From an uncultured virus (IMG/VR IMGVR_UViG_3300029288_005821) (lineage: Duplodnaviria > Heunggongvirae > Uroviricota > Caudoviricetes), in the IMG/VR virus record IMGVR_UViG_3300029288_005821: a stretch of DNA of 64,000 nt, one strand, 5' to 3'. How positions within the stretch are numbered: the first letter of the stretch is position 1; the number at the start of each line of letters is the position of its first letter. Made by a program: the position numbers and the translations under genes. Below, piece after piece: positions 10,781 through 20,120 of the stretch. The notes beneath the pieces were generated by a model. It was not told the origin of the DNA. It searched no databases and saw only the letters and a list, made by a program, of their open reading frames with translations.

Positions 10781-11551
10781 TTAATCAACTGGCAAAATCT
10801 GAGCAATCCCACGATCCCTAAATTGAGGAAGACTAACCTCATGAAGAATATTGAAATGCTTGTCACTTATAGCATAGAATACGGTCCAGTACTTTGCATA
10901 TTTAGAATTCTGCATCGATTCTTCAATAGCAAAAAGGACAGCCGCATCCCCACCATTACGAAGGCCTTTTCTTTGGTCTGAGCGAACTTTAGCTTCAACC
11001 TCTCGGGCTTCCTCAGTAATCAATTCCTTAATTCTTGAGAGAGACCGGAAAAATCGATGTCTAACTCTCCCCTGCGTTAAACTAAGACGTTTCGCTATTT
11101 CTGACTGACAAGTAGTTTCATACATGAGCCAGAGAATTTCTCGATCTTGATCTAAAAACTTCGGACCAAGTTCTAATTCAAAATCTTCTCTATCGAGTTC
11201 CGGAATGGTTCTCAAAAATTGAATGCGACGAATACCGCGATGAAGTCTATAAGATACTGCGGCTTGTGTAATACCAAAAACTTTAGCTATTTGTTCTTGT
11301 TTCATCCGACTTTGGTAATACATGGATATTAAGTCGGCTTCTCTTTCCGGAATACGATCTAGATGGTGTTCAACAGCCGAAAAACTCGGCATCGCACCAT
11401 CCACGATCAAATTTTCTTCTTGAGCCGGAGCGAGCTTTTGATCAATGAGCTCGTCAATCCCAATTTCTGATTCACCGTCTGCGCCTAATCTATAACGACC
11501 ATCAAAACGAGACGATAAACCCTGAGGGTCCGAGATAAGAATATGAGACAT
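10781..11551 (-). CDS. Sigma-70 region 4-like tandem HTH regulator
   Basis: Two HTH motifs: QEQIAKVFGITQAAVSYRL and QSEIAKRLSLTQGRVRHRF. Confidence 0.7.
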   Translation of the reverse strand: MSHILISDPQGLSSRFDGRYRLGADGESEIGIDELIDQKLAPAQEENLIVDGAMPSFSAVEHHLDRIPEREADLISMYYQSRMKQEQIAKVFGITQAAVSYRLHRGIRRIQFLRTIPELDREDFELELGPKFLDQDREILWLMYETTCQSEIAKRLSLTQGRVRHRFFRSLSRIKELITEEAREVEAKVRSDQRKGLRNGGDAAVLFAIEESMQNSKYAKYWTVFYAISDKHFNILHEVSLPQFRDRGIAQILPVD

Positions 11552-11684
11552 TTTCTAAACTCCAGCCATGCGCAACTAAATTGCGGTAGTTTAGATATCA
11601 ATATAGGTATGATGACGAAACAAGTCGAGTATTAGTATCTATATTTGGCTGGAGAGTCTTAGACTCGCCTAGTAACACTTTACC
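11552..11684 (-). promoter_or_regulatory. -10 box plus structured 5' leader occluding the SD of the HTH regulator
   Basis: GGTAAAGT at 11684-11677; perfect 9-bp IR 11560-11568/11646-11654 includes the GGAG SD. Confidence 0.55.
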
Positions 11685-11692
11685 GAAAACAT

Positions 11693-12703
11693 TCAAACAT
11701 CCTTCAAAAAATCAGGCAAGAACTCATATGAAGATGTACCACCATATCTCACTTTATGCTCCTCCTTAAAACAGAAAGAACTAGGTGAAACAGTAGTAAT
11801 CCCGAGATCTTCAGTAAGGATTCTGAGAGCCATCCGATGATCGGGAGTGCTCACAGTACGAGAATTAGATATATCAAGATTTCTACATAATCTAACTAGC
11901 TGCAGATTTAAAGATATGCGATCCCTTGAAGATTCGACTTTCTCTCGTTCTATTTTAGAAAAACCAGGAAGACCTGTCTCTAATAATTGATCAAAGTTAG
12001 AACAACCACAGACAGTTGCTGCTACTTTTTTTCGGAGTCTTGGAATTCCAGGAATATGATCTGAATTATCACCAGTCAAAGCTTTAAACATCAAAATTTC
12101 TGAAGGTTGGATGGCAACCTTAAATTTCCTCTCCATGTCAATTGCTGATTTTTCAGCATCAACAAATCGATCCCCGGTAGACCCGGGACGATATATAACA
12201 ATTCGATCTGAATCAGCTAAAAGCTGATAATAATCCCGATCAGAAGAAACTATTATATGATAGTCATATGGTCGAGAATTCACATAAGAAGCAATTAAAT
12301 CATCTGCTTCTTCATCAGGATGGTGATAAACATCCGATCCCATGAGTAAAAATAAATGAATAAGAACATCAAGTTCATTACGAGCAACGTATCCATCACA
12401 TAAACGAATTTCAAAGGGCTCGGAACCTGGACGAGTCTTATCTCCTTCTTCTCTTAGTTTATAGTTTGGATCTAATGAAAGTCGTCTTTTCGGAGTTCCA
12501 TCGAAAAACACATCCATACGAGATGGGCGAGAAACTGATAACACCCAATCGGATAACATCGATAGGAATCCGTATATGAGTCCTGTCGGATAACCTGATG
12601 GAGAAATCATCGGATCATCAGAACGATTCGTAACAAAAATAGCATATGCCCTATGAAGAAGGTTATTACCGTCAATCAAAAGATTTCTGGAAGTATTAGA
12701 CAA
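11693..12703 (-). CDS. 5'-3' exonuclease / flap endonuclease (Pol I N-terminal-like)
   Basis: LLIDGNNL, FFDG, EADDLIA, SSDRDY, LTGDNSDHIPG motifs. Confidence 0.92.
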   Translation of the reverse strand: MSNTSRNLLIDGNNLLHRAYAIFVTNRSDDPMISPSGYPTGLIYGFLSMLSDWVLSVSRPSRMDVFFDGTPKRRLSLDPNYKLREEGDKTRPGSEPFEIRLCDGYVARNELDVLIHLFLLMGSDVYHHPDEEADDLIASYVNSRPYDYHIIVSSDRDYYQLLADSDRIVIYRPGSTGDRFVDAEKSAIDMERKFKVAIQPSEILMFKALTGDNSDHIPGIPRLRKKVAATVCGCSNFDQLLETGLPGFSKIEREKVESSRDRISLNLQLVRLCRNLDISNSRTVSTPDHRMALRILTEDLGITTVSPSSFCFKEEHKVRYGGTSSYEFLPDFLKDV

Positions 12704-13280
12704 CCTTCAATTTCTCCAAATATGTACTACGGTATCCAAGAATAAGAGCTTTCGATTTTAAGATAGCCTTTACATCAATCATATCACCGTCAACACCAAC
12801 AACAACACCTCTCATGTTTTTGTAAGTGCCGCTTTTAACAACCACGGGATCTCCAACAGAAAACTTGACTTCTTGGATTTCTTTAATACCTTGACGTAAC
12901 GGATCGAGTTGAGAATCATCAACTAGAGAATAAACTGGAGAAGATCCACGACTAGTTGTACAAAGAACCTCTCTGAAATAAGTAGTATCACGAAGTTTAA
13001 GGTATGAAATGTCAGGTCTAAACTCGATAAACACATATCCATCCATATAAACTAGTGTTTGTGATTCTTTCCTTACTTTAGTTGAGAGTGCAGGAACAAA
13101 TATATTAATATCCGTCCGTTTCAAAATTCGACGAATTGAATTTTCAAGTACAGGAACATTCGTTTCAGATTCCTGCTCACCAGCTGAGGATAGTTCGACA
13201 ACTACCCATTTCGGCTTAACCACCGAGACGCCGGGTGAAGGATGCCGCGAATTCAGCTTCTGAGATTGGGATTCGTTCAC
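12696..13280 (-). CDS. nusG: NusG/RfaH-like transcription elongation factor
   Basis: NGN-like region (WVVV, IFVP, GYVFIE) and KOW motif (FSVGDPVVVKSGTYKNMRGVV). Confidence 0.8.
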   Translation of the reverse strand: MNESQSQKLNSRHPSPGVSVVKPKWVVVELSSAGEQESETNVPVLENSIRRILKRTDINIFVPALSTKVRKESQTLVYMDGYVFIEFRPDISYLKLRDTTYFREVLCTTSRGSSPVYSLVDDSQLDPLRQGIKEIQEVKFSVGDPVVVKSGTYKNMRGVVVGVDGDMIDVKAILKSKALILGYRSTYLEKLKVV

Positions 13281-14598
13281 GATCTAACTTTACGTGAACT
13301 TCAGCCCGCTCAGTAGTTTCTGGAGTCGGAGCAGTAAAGACAACACTTTTATCTAAAGATGTTAAATCTTCATTTGATGTATATTTAACACCATTTACTT
13401 CAACTGATTTCGAACCCGATCTTGGCGGAGGTTGCTTAGAAGGAGATTGGGCCGTAATAGGCGGAGCTACAGGCGGAGCTACAGGCGGAGCTGTGGGTGA
13501 AACAGGAACCGGAATGGGAGGGAGAATAACAGTTGGTTCTGTAACAGATGGAGTTATGTTTTGAGATACTGGAATAGAAACAGGAACTATTTGAGCATCC
13601 TTTAAAAGGATAGCCTCAATATCAGCAATGGATGGACGATCAATAGATCCAAGATCTTGAGCTACCGTCAGCCAACCGCGGCCTCTACTAGGAAAAAATC
13701 CTGTTTCAACAGGGAATTTCGATTTAGCACCAACAGAAAGTCTGAAAGCACCCGAAATAGCCTCAATTATCATATCACGAATCCAAGTCGGACTTTCCCT
13801 ATGAGAAAGCTTATCAAGAAAGTCGAAAGCATGCTTCACATTAATATCTAATGTGGAAAGAATTTTTCCAACGAGTTCATAACTTTCGAATCGATAATAC
13901 TGACTAACAGTTGACAGTGTAATAGGACCAAGAATAGACATAGACTCAAGAGCTAATAAGCTACTTCTTGGAGTACGTGAACACATCATAGCTATTATGC
14001 TAAGAGCCTCATCTTCATATTGAAGTGACTCTTTTTCACAAACATCCTTCAGTCTCATGACAAGAGCATCTTGAGACGGGGGTTGAATGTTATACTCTTC
14101 TACTCGATCACGAATAGGACCAACTATTTTATGTGGCTCAGTAGTACATAAAATAACAATGAAAGTCCGTGACTCAACAGCCTGCAGAAGAGCATCTTGT
14201 GCAGGCTTAGAAAGACGCTGAGCCTCATCAAAGAAGTAGATTCTGAGATCACTTCCATCCTCAGAACCAAATTCAGAATCGCGAATTATTTCACGAATCT
14301 TATCGATCGTCCCCTGAGAAGCAGCATCAAGCTCTTCGACATCTTGGTTTGTCCCGTTAAGAATAGAAATACACGAATCACATTCATTACACGGTTCCCC
14401 GTCTTGCAAATTCGTACATTTCATAGCTCGAGCAACAATTCGAGCAAGAGTTGTTTTACCGCAACCCTTCGGACCTCCAAACATCATTGATTGCTGACTT
14501 AAAGAATGTCCTCTACTCCTAGTTAGGAGTAAATTCTTCACTCCATTATTACCTAAAACATCAGCAAAACGATTGGGACGATATTTCAAATCTAACAT
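13216..14598 (-). CDS. dnaX: DNA polymerase III gamma/tau clamp-loader subunit
   Basis: KYRP..F.DV.G, Walker A GPKGCGKTT, Zn site PCNECDSC, ELDAAS, DEAQRL; Pro-rich C-terminal linker. Confidence 0.92.
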   Translation of the reverse strand: MLDLKYRPNRFADVLGNNGVKNLLLTRSRGHSLSQQSMMFGGPKGCGKTTLARIVARAMKCTNLQDGEPCNECDSCISILNGTNQDVEELDAASQGTIDKIREIIRDSEFGSEDGSDLRIYFFDEAQRLSKPAQDALLQAVESRTFIVILCTTEPHKIVGPIRDRVEEYNIQPPSQDALVMRLKDVCEKESLQYEDEALSIIAMMCSRTPRSSLLALESMSILGPITLSTVSQYYRFESYELVGKILSTLDINVKHAFDFLDKLSHRESPTWIRDMIIEAISGAFRLSVGAKSKFPVETGFFPSRGRGWLTVAQDLGSIDRPSIADIEAILLKDAQIVPVSIPVSQNITPSVTEPTVILPPIPVPVSPTAPPVAPPVAPPITAQSPSKQPPPRSGSKSVEVNGVKYTSNEDLTSLDKSVVFTAPTPETTERAEVHVKLDRERIPISEAEFAASFTRRLGG

Positions 14599-14607
14599 GA
14601 TGATGCT

Positions 14608-15096
14608 TTACTCAGTTCTCAAGCATTTCTCGAATTCGACAAGACCTTCATGCCACTGCCCATGACGTTCAGCAACTTCAGGAAATTCTTGAACTGGAGG
14701 AGGTATGAGCTTCCATACCATTGAACCGTCTTCCTCTTTCTCCGTTCCCTGACACCTACTAAGTAGATGATCAATCAGGGCGTCACGTTGATTTGGTCTA
14801 AGATCATTCCAAACTTCAAGAGCGATCTCAATGATGAAATCAAAACCAACAAGAAAAGCGAATTTTCCGCCCATCTTATAGACGTTTCCAGGAACTGGAT
14901 TACCTGCACGTCTGGCAGCTTTGTTACGACATATGTAACGAATTTTAGCGGAACTAAGATGCTGATGATCTTTCGGTATCATCCTCTCAGCTATTTTTTG
15001 AGCGGTTTCAAAATCATCAAAGAGCAACGGCATTTGCTCAGTCTTCTTTTTCTTATCACGTACTGCATCATTTTCGTCAGTCATTTGATTCTCCAA
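14608..15096 (-). CDS. Phage metallopeptidase-like protein with degenerate metal site
   Basis: DFIIEI...W..L...QR.ALIDH pattern and EFPEVAERHG.W tail; DHLLSR replaces HELxH. Confidence 0.6.
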   Translation of the reverse strand: MENQMTDENDAVRDKKKKTEQMPLLFDDFETAQKIAERMIPKDHQHLSSAKIRYICRNKAARRAGNPVPGNVYKMGGKFAFLVGFDFIIEIALEVWNDLRPNQRDALIDHLLSRCQGTEKEEDGSMVWKLIPPPVQEFPEVAERHGQWHEGLVEFEKCLRTE

Positions 15097-15103
15097 CTTA
15101 AAA

Positions 15104-15892
15104 TCATTTTACGCTCATAGAGGCGTACCATGAACGTATTCCATCATCACCGATTTTTCTCCATGCTTCATTCAAATCTTTACAATTCCTAATATTAGGA
15201 AGTCTGAAATCACGAATAAATAAATTCGGTGAATAGTTATAATCAAAGAACGATCGAAATCCTTTTCGACCAGCAGCATCTAAGTCAAGACACATATTTA
15301 CAATTGATGCGAATCGCTGAATAATTTTAGTTCTATCTTTCCCAGGACTACTATTCGTAAGACCAAGAACATTAGGAGCAGCTAATCTCTCGAATGTTAA
15401 ATAGTCAAATGGTCCTTCTACTAAGAAAACTTCTTTCTTAGCCCAGATTATCGGCATTGCTACCGCTGCACCAAAAAAGAATCCCTCCGGCCTTCTACGA
15501 ATAAGAAAAGTGTCGTAGTTTTTCTCAGCGATAGATCTAACTTGAACACCAACAAGACAGCCAGAATAAGTAGTTAAAGGAAAAACGATAGAACCAACAA
15601 TTCGACGCCCAATTATGGGAATTTTTGGACCACCCTCTTCTTCTCTGGTCCATTTCGTAGACCAACGCATGAATCTACAGGATTCACAGAAAGGCCCGTC
15701 TTTTTCTCCACAAGATTCAGAGTGCTTAGGATCAGAAGTAACTTCTGGAAAGAAATCACCGCCAACAAAACCAATTCTGTGGCGACGAATCTGCTCAGCA
15801 GATACACCTCTCCCTAAAAGATAAGATTGTGCCTCATCCGAATTTTCGAGGCAACTCGAAGCCCACTCAAGAAAGGCTTCTAAAAAATACAC
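15104..15892 (-). CDS. DnaG-like primase core (TOPRIM) lacking the N-terminal Zn-binding domain
   Basis: YLLGRG, IVFPL, LVEGPFD, LDLDAAG and KDLNE motifs. Confidence 0.8.
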   Translation of the reverse strand: MYFLEAFLEWASSCLENSDEAQSYLLGRGVSAEQIRRHRIGFVGGDFFPEVTSDPKHSESCGEKDGPFCESCRFMRWSTKWTREEEGGPKIPIIGRRIVGSIVFPLTTYSGCLVGVQVRSIAEKNYDTFLIRRRPEGFFFGAAVAMPIIWAKKEVFLVEGPFDYLTFERLAAPNVLGLTNSSPGKDRTKIIQRFASIVNMCLDLDAAGRKGFRSFFDYNYSPNLFIRDFRLPNIRNCKDLNEAWRKIGDDGIRSWYASMSVK

Positions 15893-15900
15893 ATTGATCT

Positions 15901-16596
15901 TTACACTTGACTAGGGATTTTTGAAGGACAAAAAGCCATTCCTAATGCAATGTTATGGATTAGGATAGCGGCCCCTCCACCCAAAAATTGAGTGTATAAA
16001 CCAACCATGTCAGGACGAGATAAGAAAACTGGAAATGGAACATCACACGGGACTATCCTACAAATTTTCTTATATTTCCCAGCTGAATCATCGTAATCAG
16101 TACCAAAGAATCGTTTTTTCTTATCAGGGGTCCAATCAGTCGGTGTCAAACAAACATGTGGTTGTATAACCATCCCGGAATTTTTTTGAATATAACTAAA
16201 ACCTTTACCGGCTCGACCCTTACCGGAAAAAACATTTCCGAGATTATCTTCAACCGATAATTTGAAAGCAGCGGATATCATATCACCGATTATAGTATCG
16301 GTATTCTCGGATTCTTGAGAGAAAACACCAACACCTATATAAAGAGTCTTCGAACTGACATCTATGTCTTTTTTAACTATTTTCCCACCACGAATGAGCA
16401 TCGGTAGCTCATCCTTCGGTTTGTATATGACATCATCTCCATTAGTTAGTTTTCGGGAAACTAAAAATTTCCCTCTCGTACTAGAGATGATAGCTGGAAC
16501 AAAATCTATTATAGCAGGAACGTCGATTTGATATGGAATCGATGCTCCTGATCGTGATCTATGAAGATCATGTTCTAAAATTCTGAGAAGAATCAT
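15901..16596 (-). CDS. Hypothetical protein, 231 aa
   Basis: Co-oriented, overlap-coupled ORF. Confidence 0.6.
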   Translation of the reverse strand: MILLRILEHDLHRSRSGASIPYQIDVPAIIDFVPAIISSTRGKFLVSRKLTNGDDVIYKPKDELPMLIRGGKIVKKDIDVSSKTLYIGVGVFSQESENTDTIIGDMISAAFKLSVEDNLGNVFSGKGRAGKGFSYIQKNSGMVIQPHVCLTPTDWTPDKKKRFFGTDYDDSAGKYKKICRIVPCDVPFPVFLSRPDMVGLYTQFLGGGAAILIHNIALGMAFCPSKIPSQV

Positions 16597-17162
16597 TTCC
16601 AGAAATCTTCCGGTAGTTCTTCTTCCTTTTCAGGGAGAGCATGAGGTCTCTTACGAAGAGAAAAAATCGTAAAAAATGATAAAATCCAGAAAATAAATCT
16701 GTTGAAAAGAGGCCTTCGTTTTCCCCTGATTTCAAGGATCCATTGAAGAGCAGCTATATCACGATAATTATCATAGACATATTTATCATTAGAAAAACAC
16801 TCTTCAAAATCAGCTGCAGCTTCATCAATAGAATGAGAAGATCTAAAATACGGACAATCAGCAGCTTTCGCGTCGTTATCGCAAAATTCCCCAGTCCAAG
16901 AAGATGGATCTTCAGATCCATATGTGCATATATGTTCAGGCTCAAGTTCTGTATTTAAAACAACAAGAGTTGTTTGGTGTCTCGGAGAGAGTTCATACTC
17001 TGTCGATAAATCATTTTGAGAATACGGAAGTCTTTTAGGAAGATGTTCAACGTTATGAACACAATTTCCATAACGACGACAAGTAAGAGATAGAATATGT
17101 TGGCGAAGATACCTATTACGTAGGCGCTCCAGCCGACTTACTATGCTTAATTTCTTCTTCAC
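16593..17162 (-). CDS. Cys-rich hypothetical protein with hydrophobic C-terminal segment
   Basis: Six Cys; FIFWILSFFTIF. Confidence 0.55.
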   Translation of the reverse strand: MKKKLSIVSRLERLRNRYLRQHILSLTCRRYGNCVHNVEHLPKRLPYSQNDLSTEYELSPRHQTTLVVLNTELEPEHICTYGSEDPSSWTGEFCDNDAKAADCPYFRSSHSIDEAAADFEECFSNDKYVYDNYRDIAALQWILEIRGKRRPLFNRFIFWILSFFTIFSLRKRPHALPEKEEELPEDFWK

Positions 17163-17173
17163 GAATTAGTACT

Positions 17174-17809
17174 CTACGTTCGACGACGCAAACGGAAAGA
17201 TTTAATATCGTCAGGGCCCTTTTCGGTATATCCTTCATAAGCTACGTGAGCGTGAGCCATGAATTCTTCGTTATGAGTTACCATGAAAATATTCACTCCG
17301 GTCTCTTCTGCGAGTTGACGCATAAAATCGGCAGCTGCCGGAATATAACGAAGAGCCAGAGCAGACATCGATTCATCAAGAAGCAGCAAATTAGCCATGT
17401 TTAATCTGGCCATAACTGCAAGCCTGAGAACGAGTGAAGAAACAACGGCTGCACCGCCACCGAAAGACGTCATGGGGTCTGCTTCAATCCCATCCTCTTC
17501 GAGCAAGAAACGCATGGAAAGACGATTAAATTTTGGTTCCTGTTGAATACGGAACGTCAAATTTTGATCATAAACTATGCTCTTAAGAGCACTAGTTACG
17601 AGCTCAGACATCGATTCAACATTTGCTCGAAGAAGATCTTCAAGCCATTTTTTGATAACTTCAGAACTTCTCTGATTAAGATCAGCTTTATATCTCAAAG
17701 CTTCAGATTTAGCTTTAAGTGCTTCAGAACGAAGATGTAAAATATCACGATAAGCTTTGATAGATGAAATACCTTCTCTTAGCTCACCGAGTCTTTTTTC
17801 GATGTCCAT
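17174..17809 (-). CDS. SbcC/Rad50-type ATPase, C-terminal half only
   Basis: Coiled coil, ABC signature SFGGG, Walker B LLLDES, H-loop VTHN; no Walker A. Confidence 0.8.
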   Translation of the reverse strand: MDIEKRLGELREGISSIKAYRDILHLRSEALKAKSEALRYKADLNQRSSEVIKKWLEDLLRANVESMSELVTSALKSIVYDQNLTFRIQQEPKFNRLSMRFLLEEDGIEADPMTSFGGGAAVVSSLVLRLAVMARLNMANLLLLDESMSALALRYIPAAADFMRQLAEETGVNIFMVTHNEEFMAHAHVAYEGYTEKGPDDIKSFRLRRRT

Positions 17810-18933
17810 TAGTGTTTCACCATCGTTTGAAGATAATGCTGAACTAACGTATCCCCAGTGGGATTAGCTGAAGATATACGAATGGTATTTGGAGAATCTG
17901 CATGACCGAATGAAAATTTCACATCTCCTTCAACATTCCCAGTTACATGCTCGAGGTACTCAACATAAATGTCTTCATCGAAGACATGACCTCGTTCCAT
18001 ACGACAATCAATTCTGGAGATTTCTTCTTTATTGAAGAAAAGAATTAATTCACGATCACGATCTTCACCACTAGCTCGAAAGGATACTCTTCGAGTCCCT
18101 TCTTCCTGAGAGGCTGTCATAGCCCACGAAAGAGCTTTAGAGAGCTTGTCCGCACCGACAATAAAAGAAACGGGATAATCATCACTCTCTAAAGTAAATA
18201 ATGGTTTCTTTGAAGAGATCTTACTTAAAGCAAGAATAGATCTCGTCCCGGGTTCAACTATATATAATTTATTCTTATCCTCTGTTATGGAAATATAGTC
18301 GTCTTTGCAATTAGAACAAAAAGAAGAGATGATAGGTAAATCGGCTCCAACGAGACTCAGGTCAAAATCGATGAGTGGTGATTTAACTACCGTCCCATAA
18401 TGTCTAGCCATGGACACGGCACAATTGGATTCACTATAAAAATGAACCTGATTAACTCGCATTTCTTCATCAGACTTCATTTTTACTTGAGCAGAGCAAG
18501 ATAAACTACGAAGTATCTTTTCAAAAGCTACTCGATTAATATCTTTTATACCAGTCGTAGTCGGAAGTTCAGGAATAGGAAGACGCTTAGAACGTCGCGC
18601 CTTCTTTTTCATGCTGGCTTGACGACTCTGCCCTCCACCTTCCGCCTTTAACGAAACTGATTTTTCGTTTATCGTGATAGTAACAGAACGAAGATCATCA
18701 ATATCGAGAAGAGCAGTTTTATCAGGCGTTATATATAATTCTTCGCATTTAATGCTAGAATCACTTCCACCGCTATAATCGACGAAAGTTCGAACATATC
18801 TGCGTTTATCATTCGAAAAAACAACCACTCCATCTTGTTCAAATCGAAGACAAAAATCACCGGATTCCGGTTTAACAAGACGAACCAGAGAGAATGCTTG
18901 TCCTATCGACTTAGTTCCAAGAGAGAATTTCAT
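17809..18933 (-). CDS. Divergent DNA polymerase III beta sliding clamp-like protein
   Basis: 374 aa with repeated beta-alpha pattern; sits with clamp-loader genes; size matches DnaN. Confidence 0.55.
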   Translation of the reverse strand: MKFSLGTKSIGQAFSLVRLVKPESGDFCLRFEQDGVVVFSNDKRRYVRTFVDYSGGSDSSIKCEELYITPDKTALLDIDDLRSVTITINEKSVSLKAEGGGQSRQASMKKKARRSKRLPIPELPTTTGIKDINRVAFEKILRSLSCSAQVKMKSDEEMRVNQVHFYSESNCAVSMARHYGTVVKSPLIDFDLSLVGADLPIISSFCSNCKDDYISITEDKNKLYIVEPGTRSILALSKISSKKPLFTLESDDYPVSFIVGADKLSKALSWAMTASQEEGTRRVSFRASGEDRDRELILFFNKEEISRIDCRMERGHVFDEDIYVEYLEHVTGNVEGDVKFSFGHADSPNTIRISSANPTGDTLVQHYLQTMVKH

Positions 18934-19232
18934 CCTTTGTTTATCTCATCTAGCATGGGCTTAATGATTTTCTCAGCCGTTTCAAGCTCTGAAGTTAACG
19001 CTTGAATTTTTACACGTTCAACTTCAATTTGACGAGTGAGCTCATCTTTGATGTTATTCGGATCAAATCCGAGCGCTTGGCATTCATCCATTAATCTACG
19101 GAGTGCCTTTCGTCGCGCCGTTAGTTCAGCAGTAACTAATGATTTATTCCTCTCAAGTGCTTCACGTCGAGAATTATACTCTTGGTAAGACTTGACAAGA
19201 TCATCAATACTGACAGTAGTAGTATCTTTCAT
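18930..19232 (-). CDS. Small coiled-coil protein
   Basis: Heptad pattern; GAGG SD. Confidence 0.65.
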   Translation of the reverse strand: MKDTTTVSIDDLVKSYQEYNSRREALERNKSLVTAELTARRKALRRLMDECQALGFDPNNIKDELTRQIEVERVKIQALTSELETAEKIIKPMLDEINKG

Positions 19233-19276
19233 CAGTCATCCTCTCAAAGATAATTTCAAATTACATCAACAAAGTT

Positions 19277-20119
19277 TCAGGTTACCTGTTCAAGATCAAA
19301 TATGGAATCGAAAACCCTATTATTTGAATCAAAACGGGTAGCAGCTATATATTCACGACCTTCAGAACAAGTGAGATTATAATCACAATTCTTACAAGCA
19401 ACAGATGGCTGAGCCTCAAACATTTTCAAACGAACTTTCTTAGCGACATCGAAAGCCGTATCAATAGATTTTCTCATGTCATCTTCAGTATAATCAACCC
19501 ACTGAAGAGGATCAGAAGGAAAGCGCCAATAAAGAAATCCGATTCGACTAGGGGCGACACCGTAATAGAGATAATGTAAAGTCGCGTACCAAATTAATTG
19601 ATTAGAGTCAGTATACTTACCTCTATGTCTTGATCCTTTACCATCAATAATAACGATTTCATCACTAAATGGATGAATGAAATCAACTTTTGCCCCTAAA
19701 CGAAGAGTAATGCCATCCTTGGTATAATCTTGTGTTAAATCACGTTCAGCAACACTAGCCGGGGATAGAAGACGATTTTTTCTTATAGTGTTGATTCCTT
19801 CAGGAATATATGTATCAAGATCATTTCTGAGTGTTAAAACATACCCAGGATCCGAAGCTGATATGAAATTCTCAGTGGCAAATATCTGATCTATAGCAGC
19901 ATCTTTATAGGAAAGAGTAACGCCAATCGGATTCGGTTTAGACCAGGCCTTCCTCTTATAAAACCATTCGAATACTTTTCCAATAATGGAACCAAACATG
20001 GAATCACGCGGATCTCTTGCTTTTTTAAAAGCTTTGATTATATAAGAAAATTCATACTTCTTTGGGCATATTATATAACAACTTATCCCTGAATAGCTAA
20101 GATAGTCACAGAGACTCAT
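19277..20119 (-). CDS. PD-(D/E)XK nuclease (RecB/AddB-like) with probable Fe-S Cys ligands
   Basis: LSYS...Y..CP start, VDFI..IIDGK, QL..Y, C-terminal CKNCDY..TC. Confidence 0.85.
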   Translation of the reverse strand: MSLCDYLSYSGISCYIICPKKYEFSYIIKAFKKARDPRDSMFGSIIGKVFEWFYKRKAWSKPNPIGVTLSYKDAAIDQIFATENFISASDPGYVLTLRNDLDTYIPEGINTIRKNRLLSPASVAERDLTQDYTKDGITLRLGAKVDFIHPFSDEIVIIDGKGSRHRGKYTDSNQLIWYATLHYLYYGVAPSRIGFLYWRFPSDPLQWVDYTEDDMRKSIDTAFDVAKKVRLKMFEAQPSVACKNCDYNLTCSEGREYIAATRFDSNNRVFDSIFDLEQVT

Positions 20120-20120
20120 A

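Noticed and set aside
19277..20119. Cas4 or CRISPR system
   Set aside because: No array or other cas genes were seen; the SbcD/RecD2 context fits a recombination nuclease.
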